Shown here piece after piece: positions 1 through 7,958 of a stretch of 24,748 nt of DNA. The stretch's first letter is position 1. Every line of letters begins with the position of its first letter. The stretch comes from a virus (taxonomy: Duplodnaviria; Caudoviricetes): positions 1-24,748 of IMG/VR virus record IMGVR_UViG_3300020397_000103; one strand, 5' to 3'. Both the position numbers and the translations under genes were made by a program. Below the pieces are notes generated by a model, which was not told the DNA's origin, did not search any database, and saw nothing but the letters and a program-made list of their open reading frames with translations.

Positions 1-1
1 G

Positions 2-487
2 TTAAATTCTATTGGACTACCTAGTTACAAATTTTCTAGGTGGGATGGAGATCCAGTAGTTAAAAATGAAATGGATAGACTAGCTGCACCTCTCTTTGAA
101 ACTCTAGCTAAAGAAGCCTTTGCAAAATACCCTAATTTTTTTAGGGGTGATTTAAAGTTTAAAAGAAAAGTAGTTTTAGAGGAGATACAAGGACCTTTAA
201 GAAAACAAGTAAAAGAACTCATTGATAAATACTCTCCAAAACATTTGTCAGTTATAAAGTATCTTTCAACTTTTAACGAAACAAAACTTAAAGAGATAAA
301 AGAAAAGTTAGGAGAAGTTTATGATATACCAGATTTAGGTAACATGAGTTTTTCAGAAATACTTGAATTAAACTCAAACACTTATGATGGCTTATCTTTA
401 TTAAATGCAATGAAGTTAGAAGCTGAAAATTATGATGCTATTTATATGGGTGCTGATACTCTTCAAGAAAATTTAGGGTATCGTTAA
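2..487 (+). CDS. C-terminal fragment of a large protein (probably the last late/virion gene), 5'-truncated by the window edge
   Basis: The frame of ORF 71..487 is open back to position 2 (TTA AAT TCT ATT GGA...). Its stop TAA (485-487) overlaps the stop of the converging minus-strand gene. Confidence 0.7.
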   Translation, partial: LNSIGLPSYKFSRWDGDPVVKNEMDRLAAPLFETLAKEAFAKYPNFFRGDLKFKRKVVLEEIQGPLRKQVKELIDKYSPKHLSVIKYLSTFNETKLKEIKEKLGEVYDIPDLGNMSFSEILELNSNTYDGLSLLNAMKLEAENYDAIYMGADTLQENLGYR

Positions 488-690
488 TCTTCTTCTAACA
501 TTTTATCTGCCCATTCGTAAGCTTCTCTAGCAACATCTTTCATATTTGTTTCACCTTTAGCTATTAAACCACTCATGGCTTGACCTGCTAAAAATCTTCT
601 GGTGGTTAAAGGTTTTGCTCTTTGTTGTGGTTTATTCCATCTAGATTTATTAAATCTCATTGCCTCTTGTTCAAGGTTTTTCCACCTCAT
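484..690 (-). CDS. hypothetical phage protein
   Basis: ORF 484..702. The likely start MRWKNL at 690 forms an ATGA overlap with the upstream stop. FLAGQAMSGL...AYEWADKML resembles a common small phage family. Confidence 0.7.
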   Translation of the reverse strand: MRWKNLEQEAMRFNKSRWNKPQQRAKPLTTRRFLAGQAMSGLIAKGETNMKDVAREAYEWADKMLEED

Positions 691-1106
691 ATTTTCTCCC
701 ATCTATAAAATATATGTTTACCTATTCTAGTAACTCTTTTCAAAGTTTTTGCCCAAAAAGGATTTACTGATATAGCATGGTAATGTGTAGCACCCTCTGT
801 AAGATCAGTTGTCTTACCCTCGTATACAGATTTGGCAACACTTAAAGCAAGTTCCCAAGATTCTTTATTGTAAGGTTTGTCTGTAGCTCCATCACAATAC
901 CAACTAAACTGACACCGATCTTTTTTCATTGATCCATCATGGTTTTTCTCACCTTGTTTTACCACTTTACAAACTGTGTTAGGGTATCTATCATCATTAA
1001 CTCTATTGATTACAACTTGAGCAACAGCTATCTGTTCTACTACACTCTGACTTCTAGCCTCGTAGTATACGTTAAGTGCCAAACAAACTATAGCTTCAGC
1101 TAACAT
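687..1106 (-). CDS. SleB-like cell wall hydrolase (Hydrolase_2 family)
   Basis: CLALNVYYEAR (catalytic Glu), VAQVVINRV, YPNTVCKVV, CQFSWYCDG, GATHYHA, IGKHIFY. Confidence 0.92.
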   Translation of the reverse strand: MLAEAIVCLALNVYYEARSQSVVEQIAVAQVVINRVNDDRYPNTVCKVVKQGEKNHDGSMKKDRCQFSWYCDGATDKPYNKESWELALSVAKSVYEGKTTDLTEGATHYHAISVNPFWAKTLKRVTRIGKHIFYRWEKI

Positions 1107-1498
1107 TATCTATGCTTCTCTTTTAATGCTTCAATCATCTTGTTAAGATAGTACTGTGCTTTTTGCATATCTTCTACAGGTTTTCCTTTATAGTTATATC
1201 TGTGTTGATACTTTATTACATTACCATGACAGTAATTTATAAAACCATCTAATCCCAACACTTGTCTCATGTAATCAATACACTCTATACCATCTCGTAT
1301 AGTGTAGTGAGGTGGTCTGTTTACAGGATCAAACTTTTCATTTGTTGAGCCATACTCACCTGTAAATATCTCCCCACCTTTATCATCAAGAAGACCACCT
1401 ATATGAGGATTACAGTCTGTACATTCAGGACATTTTAAATTATCATCAAGATAATTACCACACATAGCACAAGTATCTTTAGCATGTATTACTGTCAT
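1106..1498 (-). CDS. DUF3310 (T7 gp1.7-like nucleotide kinase) protein with an N-terminal Cys-rich zinc ribbon
   Basis: DPVNRPPHYT..IECID..GNVIKYQHRY..K..EDMQKAQYYL; N-terminal CAMC-x9-CPECTDC. Confidence 0.85.
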   Translation of the reverse strand: MTVIHAKDTCAMCGNYLDDNLKCPECTDCNPHIGGLLDDKGGEIFTGEYGSTNEKFDPVNRPPHYTIRDGIECIDYMRQVLGLDGFINYCHGNVIKYQHRYNYKGKPVEDMQKAQYYLNKMIEALKEKHR

Positions 1499-1499
1499 T

Positions 1500-3407
1500 C
1501 TAAGCTCCTATATCTACTATCTCACAAGAGTCTCCACTACAAGCCATTGTCTGACTACCAGATGTAGTATCACTCTTCTCATAGTCTTTTAGTTTATTCC
1601 AATCAATTCTAGGTCCCATCTTTGAAAGCATAGCATCATATTCTTCTTCTGTACACTCTTGATAAGGTGCTTGTTGATATGTATGTTCTGAGTGTGGTAA
1701 AAAAGATACACCTGACATTTTATCAAAGTGCTTAAATACAAATGCACCAACATCAATCCACTCTTCCTCTTTAACTGTTACAGTAATAGAGGGTTTGTGT
1801 TCACACCAATGTTCTTGATAGATTAACCAAATATTTAATTGATCTATAGCAGATAAATCATCTCTTAATCTAGAACCTCTAGGTGACATCATTGGAAAAC
1901 TAAATACAGTTGTCGTATCTGGTTTCATTACACATGGTTCACTTGGTATACCTTGGTCAATCATAAACTTAGTAAGTGGATCTTTATTGTCTCCCCTAAC
2001 TGTTCTAATATAATATTTACTATGTCTAGCATGAATACCACTTGCTGAATCACATAGTTGTGATACTGTACCACTAGGTTTTACACAAGTAATAGCAGTG
2101 CTTTCTTCTATTCCAAATATCTTAGCATACTCTTTGTTAGTATCTATGGCTATCTGTTTTAATTTAGATAATCTCTCTTCCATGTTTACTAAATTACAAT
2201 TTGTATGTATGTTATCCATAATACCTGTAAGACTTACACCAAGAAGTCTCTCTTCTTGTGTATTCTTTTTCCAAATTTTTCTTAGGTAAGGAAAGTTAAC
2301 AAGAGTTGCTTGTGCTGTGCCTAATATTGTAGCAAGTCTGACCTTTCTGCATAAATCTTCATCAGTATCATTTTGTTTTATGACAACTTCTGTTAAGTTA
2401 CAGAATTGATGAGGTCTTAGAATTATTTCAGAGCAAGGATTAGTACCAAAAGCATAGTTAGGATCTCGCCTACCATTCTTAGCAACTTGTTTCTGTGCAG
2501 AGACTCTATTAAATATACCTCTTTCACCTGATTTAGATTCCACTAGTGAAGTCCACTCTCGTAAGAATGTTTCAGAGTCAGGCTTATCTGTATAAGCCAC
2601 AGAGTTATTAGATAGTGCCATGTGAGGTGCAGTCTCCCACCACTGTCCTGTCTTGGCATGTCGCATACGTATGTCAGAAAGGTTGCTGAGAGAGATCATT
2701 GCAGATCTACGTACACCACCTACTACTACAATCTCACCAATCTTGCACATAATGCTGTGGCACTCATAACTATTTAATTTTCTGCCTACAGCACTCTTGA
2801 ACATATTGATTGTAAATTTAAACAAATCAACAAGAGGTGCAGGACCCGAGGCTCTACCACCAAATGTTTTTAATCTTGCACCTGCAGGTCTAATCATACT
2901 GACATCATAGTCAGGAACTTCACCTGCATACAGTAGTGCAATCAACATTCTAAATGCCTTTGCCCAACCCTCTTTACTATCTCTAACAACAATGGTTGTC
3001 TGACTTGGGTATAACTTTTCTGGTATCTCTGGTAGCTTATCTATATACTGTCTCTCTACAGAAAAACCAACACCTGTTCCACAAAGAAGTATATACATAG
3101 CCTCGTCAAAAGATTTAACATCATCAACTGGAAGATAACTACAATTATAACCTGCAGTATTATCACGATCTAATGCAGGACCTGCAGTCATTAATGCTCT
3201 CATAGATGGCATAACATCTAAGTTATGTATAGCATCCCATATCTCTTCAGTAGTGTCTGTATCTAGACCTGTTCGTTCTGCTATATAATCCACATAACGA
3301 CTTACTGTTTCAGTCCAAGTCTCTCTTCTACCCTCTTCTTCAAGCCAACGTGCGTAACGAGAGGTTGCAATAAAACTTTGATAATCTGTAGGTAATGAGT
3401 TATTCAT
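1500..3407 (-). CDS. nrdJ: class II (adenosylcobalamin-dependent) ribonucleotide reductase, monomeric RTPR type
   Basis: 635 aa; MPSMRAL, YNCSY, GTGVGFS, GGVRRSA, GTNPCSEI (radical Cys), TCVKPSGTVSQL and C-terminal CSGDSC redox pair; no beta subunit gene nearby. Confidence 0.95.
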   Translation of the reverse strand: MNNSLPTDYQSFIATSRYARWLEEEGRRETWTETVSRYVDYIAERTGLDTDTTEEIWDAIHNLDVMPSMRALMTAGPALDRDNTAGYNCSYLPVDDVKSFDEAMYILLCGTGVGFSVERQYIDKLPEIPEKLYPSQTTIVVRDSKEGWAKAFRMLIALLYAGEVPDYDVSMIRPAGARLKTFGGRASGPAPLVDLFKFTINMFKSAVGRKLNSYECHSIMCKIGEIVVVGGVRRSAMISLSNLSDIRMRHAKTGQWWETAPHMALSNNSVAYTDKPDSETFLREWTSLVESKSGERGIFNRVSAQKQVAKNGRRDPNYAFGTNPCSEIILRPHQFCNLTEVVIKQNDTDEDLCRKVRLATILGTAQATLVNFPYLRKIWKKNTQEERLLGVSLTGIMDNIHTNCNLVNMEERLSKLKQIAIDTNKEYAKIFGIEESTAITCVKPSGTVSQLCDSASGIHARHSKYYIRTVRGDNKDPLTKFMIDQGIPSEPCVMKPDTTTVFSFPMMSPRGSRLRDDLSAIDQLNIWLIYQEHWCEHKPSITVTVKEEEWIDVGAFVFKHFDKMSGVSFLPHSEHTYQQAPYQECTEEEYDAMLSKMGPRIDWNKLKDYEKSDTTSGSQTMACSGDSCEIVDIGA

Positions 3408-3724
3408 CTATTGTCTCCTGATCCTTGTAACTTGTTTCTCTTTTTTCTGTCATGTAATTTTCTAATATTCATTTCCATAACAATTGACAAGTTAGAATCA
3501 AAGTAATTACATAGAGAGGTTAGATAAAATAGAACATCACCTAGTTCTTTTAAAAGTTCTTCTTTTTGATCATTGTAGTTTGATGTATCTCTAATACATT
3601 TTTTAATTTTTTCTGCAAACTCACCTGCTTCTCCAACCAATCCAAGTGTGTTCTCTATTAATCTATCCTTGCCAGAAGTTAGAATTAGCTTCTCAACTTC
3701 TTCTTCATATTTATTATATATCAA
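3404..3724 (-). CDS. mazG: MazG-like NTP pyrophosphohydrolase
   Basis: LGLVGEAGEFAEKIKK, KELGDVLFY, N..KL..R...L.GSGDNR; TTG start preceded by GGAG. Confidence 0.92.
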   Translation of the reverse strand: MIYNKYEEEVEKLILTSGKDRLIENTLGLVGEAGEFAEKIKKCIRDTSNYNDQKEELLKELGDVLFYLTSLCNYFDSNLSIVMEMNIRKLHDRKKRNKLQGSGDNR

Positions 3725-3894
3725 TCTAATCTCCTTGTAACATCCATATCTTTTATAACAATATCATCCATATCATAAAGACCATCTGATATTTTTTCTT
3801 TAACAACTTCTAATTCATTATCTTTATCAACTTCTAAGAAGTGAGCCGACTCGTCAATTTCTACAGTCAGAATTATTTCAAAACGTAAGCTCAT
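3721..3894 (-). CDS. small acidic hypothetical protein (57 aa, not in ORF track)
   Basis: Hand translation MSLRFEIILTVEIDESAHFLEVDKDNELEVVKEKISDGLYDMDDIVIKDMDVTRRLD*; GGAG upstream; fills the gap and overlaps the MazG start. Confidence 0.75.
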   Translation of the reverse strand: MSLRFEIILTVEIDESAHFLEVDKDNELEVVKEKISDGLYDMDDIVIKDMDVTRRLD

Positions 3895-3919
3895 AGTTAT
3901 ACTCCATTATCACTAAAAG

Positions 3920-4195
3920 TCAACACATTTTACCTGACTGTGGATAATCAAGTATACCATTATCAATGATCTCAATAGCTTCCATTTTACTGTCAACAAA
4001 ATGTTTAAAGTTGTATGCCTCTTTACTTTCGGTAAACCAAAATTCTTCATCTCTCATTTTACCCTCGTCTTCAACTCTACAAACAACTAGAAACTCACCC
4101 TCTTCTGGTATATCAAACTCATAATTTCTTTCGTAAAGCTGTTCAACACTAAAGGGACCTTCCCTTACTGCCCAAATTTTAAACTTTCTTTCCAT
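3920..4195 (-). CDS. hypothetical protein
   Basis: 91-aa ORF co-oriented with and overlapping the upstream gene. Confidence 0.7.
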   Translation of the reverse strand: MERKFKIWAVREGPFSVEQLYERNYEFDIPEEGEFLVVCRVEDEGKMRDEEFWFTESKEAYNFKHFVDSKMEAIEIIDNGILDYPQSGKMC

Positions 4196-4547
4196 TTATA
4201 TTCCAATCTTTAAGTAAATCCATGTAATGTTGTAGTCCTATCATAACAATCCAAGGTCTGTGATCTGATCTAAAGAATACAACGGGTTCTCCACTAGTAT
4301 TTAAACTGTGATTTAATGCTTGTTCCATATAAGAGTATACTGTTTTAAGTTCACCCTTACGTCTTTTAACTTCTATTGATAGAGGTAATCTCTTTTTTGC
4401 TTGAGGAGAGAATTGTATATCTTCACCTGTATCACCCATGATGGCAGACTTTATATCACCTTTCTCAAATTCTGGAAAGGTTTCCAACAACTTGTCTCTA
4501 ATTTCTTGTTGACCTAATCTACCTTTAGCTTTTGCTGATCTGCTCAT
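4179..4547 (-). CDS. PD-(D/E)xK endonuclease / putative Holliday junction resolvase
   Basis: SAKAKGRLGQQEIRD, MG..GEDI..SP.A, P.SIEVK, EPVVFFRSDH. Confidence 0.75.
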   Translation of the reverse strand: MSRSAKAKGRLGQQEIRDKLLETFPEFEKGDIKSAIMGDTGEDIQFSPQAKKRLPLSIEVKRRKGELKTVYSYMEQALNHSLNTSGEPVVFFRSDHRPWIVMIGLQHYMDLLKDWNINGKKV

Positions 4548-5395
4548 GTAAACACCTCTGGTACTTTTGGTTCTGTATTCACCTCTGTTAAATATTCAGG
4601 ACCATAAGAGTAGATAAAAGTTCTAAGATTATCCCAACAACTTTGCTTGTACTCGCAATAGCTGCATACCATGTTTAGCTTTTTGTTGTCGCTTGTTTTT
4701 GACTGTGGTATTGGATCTAACTTTTTTCTTGGTAACTTTCCTTTCACCATTTTTACTATGGCTTTAATCTCTTTCTCTTTTGTTTTTAACTCTTCAGAGA
4801 AATCATAAACATCCAAACAAATATGTCCATTCTGTTTATCAACTGCAAGAAAAGCTCCTTGTTTTTTATCAGTAACAATTGGGTCATCTTTACCTGCATA
4901 AACGTAAGAACTAAGTTGAGATATGTAACCAAATGGATCGTCATCTCTTAATCTCCCATCTTTAAATTTCTTAAAAGCAAAAGAGCTACAAGACTTAACA
5001 TCAATAGTCATACCATCTATTACAGCATCTCTATGTCCTTTAACACCATGTACATCTAATTTATCTTGCATACCTTTAACTTCATGTCCACTAGCAACTG
5101 CTAGGTGTAGTATTAATTCTTCTATCATATCACCATAAAAGAATTTTAACAACATATTAGGTTTTAATGGTTCACCTATGTTTGGTTTGTTGATTTTGTA
5201 CCACAACTTTCTATCACATGGAGTTCCAACAGACGATAAAGATAAATAACCTCTTGGCTTTTGTGGTTTTGAAAATCTACTGTCGGCAATGTATGCTAGA
5301 CCCATACCAAAAGACTCACTTATAGAAGCTTGCCAACCACCTTTACCCTCTATTGTTTTTTGTATGTCTTTAACTAGGTTTTCAATCTTCTTCAT
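4544..5395 (-). CDS. Cas4/RecB-like PD-(D/E)xK exonuclease with Fe-S cluster cysteines
   Basis: PCDRKLWY, KGHRDAVIDG..IDVKS, GYISQLSSY, CSYCEYKQSC. The likely start is MKKIENL at 5395; the ORF-track extension to 5494 overlaps a better small ORF. Confidence 0.85.
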   Translation of the reverse strand: MKKIENLVKDIQKTIEGKGGWQASISESFGMGLAYIADSRFSKPQKPRGYLSLSSVGTPCDRKLWYKINKPNIGEPLKPNMLLKFFYGDMIEELILHLAVASGHEVKGMQDKLDVHGVKGHRDAVIDGMTIDVKSCSSFAFKKFKDGRLRDDDPFGYISQLSSYVYAGKDDPIVTDKKQGAFLAVDKQNGHICLDVYDFSEELKTKEKEIKAIVKMVKGKLPRKKLDPIPQSKTSDNKKLNMVCSYCEYKQSCWDNLRTFIYSYGPEYLTEVNTEPKVPEVFT

Positions 5396-5546
5396 AAGGC
5401 TGTCCTTTGTGTTTTCTTTTTCTAAATACTTTTTTGTTTTGACTAGGTATAACCTTGAGGCTATACTTTGAAGTGTATAACTCTTTAGCCTCAAGGTTTC
5501 TAGGTTTGGGTTTTTTAAAAAGGAATTTCTTCACCAACTGTTTCAT
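5382..5546 (-). CDS. small basic ArfA-like protein (54 aa, not in ORF track)
   Basis: Hand translation MKQLVKKFLFKKPKPRNLEAKELYTSKYSLKVIPSQNKKVFRKRKHKGQPYEED*; bridges SSB and exonuclease; N...L....Y...V....K....RKxKH pattern as in ArfA. Confidence 0.55.
   Translation of the reverse strand: MKQLVKKFLFKKPKPRNLEAKELYTSKYSLKVIPSQNKKVFRKRKHKGQPYEED
5451..5498. repeat. 13-bp perfect inverted repeat / long hairpin
   Basis: AACCTTGAGGCTA (5451-5463) ... TAGCCTCAAGGTT (5486-5498), with inner TATAC/GTATA pairing. Confidence 0.85.
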
Positions 5547-6048
5547 TTGCTTTCTCTTTTTTAGGTGGTGGAGAAGCTAACTCATCATCCTCATCAGGAT
5601 CATACTTTTTGTGTTCTATAACCTTAACTCTTTCGAGTCTAGTTCCTGTATTGCCATACTTTTTTATGTCATACACAGCAAGTGTAACTTCCACAAGAGA
5701 ACCATTGCCGATAGGACCATCTACATCATAATCCCAACGTGTATTATCCTCTTTAAGTACGATAGGTACTCCACTATCCCAATCCCTACCTGTTTCAAAC
5801 TTACGTACAAAGGTAACTTTTTTACCTCTACCTAACTCATCATCAGTACCAGATTTCATTGACTTAGAAGCTTTTAACTTCTTAAAATTTTCGTCATTCA
5901 TTATGACATCAATTTTACAAGCACCATTACATTCCTCATAAGCACCAACTGCTTGAGGTGTAGGCTTGTAGCCTGTCATCTCACGATTTTGTTCAAACAC
6001 TCTCGCCCACTCAGCGATTCCTTCAATTCTTACTTTTCTTGTAGCCAT
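5515..6048 (-). CDS. ssb: single-stranded DNA-binding protein (T7 gp2.5-like)
   Basis: IGNGSLVEV, GTRLERVKV, acidic tail ending EEIPF; AGGAG RBS; directly downstream of the polymerase. Confidence 0.85.
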   Translation of the reverse strand: MATRKVRIEGIAEWARVFEQNREMTGYKPTPQAVGAYEECNGACKIDVIMNDENFKKLKASKSMKSGTDDELGRGKKVTFVRKFETGRDWDSGVPIVLKEDNTRWDYDVDGPIGNGSLVEVTLAVYDIKKYGNTGTRLERVKVIEHKKYDPDEDDELASPPPKKEKANETVGEEIPF

Positions 6049-6077
6049 TTAATGCTCCTATTTAATTTAATAATGAA

Positions 6078-6106
6078 ACTATATCATAGTTATTTAATAC
6101 TTGCAA
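6078..6106 (-). promoter_or_regulatory. sigma70-type promoter for ssb and downstream genes
   Basis: Minus strand TTGCAA-17 nt-TATAGT with extended -10 TG, in the intergenic gap. Confidence 0.65.
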
Positions 6107-6110
6107 GTAA

Positions 6111-7958
6111 TTAATGTACTTCTGCATAATTATTTCCATACTGTACATCAATCCCTAGCTTTACATTTAATTTAAGCTGTTCATTTAGTTTTTGAACTGC
6201 CCATTTTAATACTTCTGTATGTTGTTTTTCTTCTCCTTTTTTTATTAAGTTAATACTTTCATCATGGAATTGTCCTATGATGTTAGATCTTTTACTTCGA
6301 TAAAATGCTACCCACTTATCAAAGCAATAAGAACCTGTACTCTGATTGATGGTAGAGAAAGCATCTTTTTCGTATCGTAAACTATGCCAAAACTTACTAA
6401 CTGGATTTTGAATCCACATCTCATCACCAATTCTACGTATCTTTTGATCTTCAGCAAACTTTTTTACTGACCAATTCCTTTCCCAATAAGCATCAAGTAA
6501 TTTCTTTGCTTTACCTATTGACATTCCTGTTTCTCTAGATAGTTTTTCAGCACCTACACCATAGGTTGCAGAGTAATTAACTACCTTAAAGTTTTTTCTA
6601 ATTTCTTTCAAGTTGATCTCACCTCTATTATGTTGATCTATTTGTTTCTGTGTTACAAATTTAGCATGTTTAGCCAAGTCTAAGTGTGGATCAAATCCTT
6701 TTACTGACATTTCTTTTACATACTGTGGATCATAAGGCATCATATAGTGTCTTTTTGTTGTATCTTCAAGAGAAGTCATGTCTGCACCACACAATAAATA
6801 TCCGGGTGTTGCAATTAAGCAACTCCTAATCTCTTTACCATACTGTTTTCCAACAGAGGGTAGGTTGACCAAAGGTTTTTTATGTTTAAACCTCAATGTA
6901 TTTGTTAATCCATCTATTTCTGCTTTGAGATAACCATTCTCTTCACAGTCTACAAAACCTTTTACAATACCTAACCTATGTTGTAGAACTGTAAGACCAT
7001 CAAGCACACCAACTGATTTATTCTTTTCTATCAATAACTTAACTGATTCTGTTAATTCACCATTCTTTCTAATCTGTTCAACTTTCTTTTCTTCACCAGT
7101 ATCTTTGTTCTTGTTATACTTATAAGTACAAGGCTTCCAACCCAAAGAAAATAACCAATCCTTTACTTGGTCTGTAGAATTAGGATTAGGATCTTCTACA
7201 CCTTTAACTACAGTCACCTCTCCATTATAGTCAGAGGGTAATCCATGTTCTTCTAACAGATCTTTCCATCTTTTACCATGAGAAGATAGAGAACCATCTT
7301 TCTTTTTATAAACTTTTGGTTTAGTTTGTACTTTATATATTTTTCTCATTGGCATTACTGATATTAGCTCTTCAACTTTTTCATTTTGTAATTTTGTCCA
7401 TTCATCTATCAAAGAATGTGCTAAATCTACATCTAATTTCCAAGCTTGAGACTCTGCTTCTTTGGCACAATCCATCTTAAACTCAAGATAACGAAAGAAT
7501 TTATCTAACATTTTCTTACATCCATAGAGTTTCATAAATCTAGGTAGAAGATTATTCCACAATGCATCAGTAATCATTACGTCATTGGTGCATCTATCTA
7601 CGTAATCTTGAAAAGATAAGTTTTCCCAATCATCTATCTTTAATTTAGGTATACCAAAGTCATTATAGAAACTATCAAGTCCATGTTTAGACCTATTAGG
7701 ATTCATCACCCAAGACATAGGAAGAGTATCGTATAGTCTAGACTTTACCTTGATGTTCAAGATCTTTTCTAATACAGGTATATCATAACGTATGATATTG
7801 TGTCCTAATAAAGGTTCTCCAGATAAAAGTATTTCTTTCATATACTCATAGTCACCTGTAAATGTACACTTAGATACTTCACTTTTAGTATCTACAAATA
7901 CCATGCAATGTATCTTATCTGGATTTAATCCATTAGTTTCAATATCAAATATTATCAT
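6111..7958 (-). CDS. polA: family A DNA polymerase with 3'-5' exonuclease
   Basis: FDIETNG, GHNIIRYD, GADMTSLE (motif A), RKNFKVVNYSATYG (motif B), QFHDE (motif C). Confidence 0.96.
   Translation of the reverse strand: MIIFDIETNGLNPDKIHCMVFVDTKSEVSKCTFTGDYEYMKEILLSGEPLLGHNIIRYDIPVLEKILNIKVKSRLYDTLPMSWVMNPNRSKHGLDSFYNDFGIPKLKIDDWENLSFQDYVDRCTNDVMITDALWNNLLPRFMKLYGCKKMLDKFFRYLEFKMDCAKEAESQAWKLDVDLAHSLIDEWTKLQNEKVEELISVMPMRKIYKVQTKPKVYKKKDGSLSSHGKRWKDLLEEHGLPSDYNGEVTVVKGVEDPNPNSTDQVKDWLFSLGWKPCTYKYNKNKDTGEEKKVEQIRKNGELTESVKLLIEKNKSVGVLDGLTVLQHRLGIVKGFVDCEENGYLKAEIDGLTNTLRFKHKKPLVNLPSVGKQYGKEIRSCLIATPGYLLCGADMTSLEDTTKRHYMMPYDPQYVKEMSVKGFDPHLDLAKHAKFVTQKQIDQHNRGEINLKEIRKNFKVVNYSATYGVGAEKLSRETGMSIGKAKKLLDAYWERNWSVKKFAEDQKIRRIGDEMWIQNPVSKFWHSLRYEKDAFSTINQSTGSYCFDKWVAFYRSKRSNIIGQFHDESINLIKKGEEKQHTEVLKWAVQKLNEQLKLNVKLGIDVQYGNNYAEVH

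Noticed and set aside
4544-5395. CRISPR-associated Cas4
   Set aside because: There is no repeat-spacer array or other cas gene; stand-alone Cas4-like exonucleases are routine in phage replication modules.
5396-5494. N-terminal extension of the exonuclease given in the ORF track
   Set aside because: It has a TTG start with no RBS inside a hairpin, and the region is better explained by the 5382-5546 ORF.
6111-7958. HMO-2011-type DnaJ insertion, intein or intron in the polymerase
   Set aside because: No CxxCxGxG repeats; the ORF is uninterrupted and compact.
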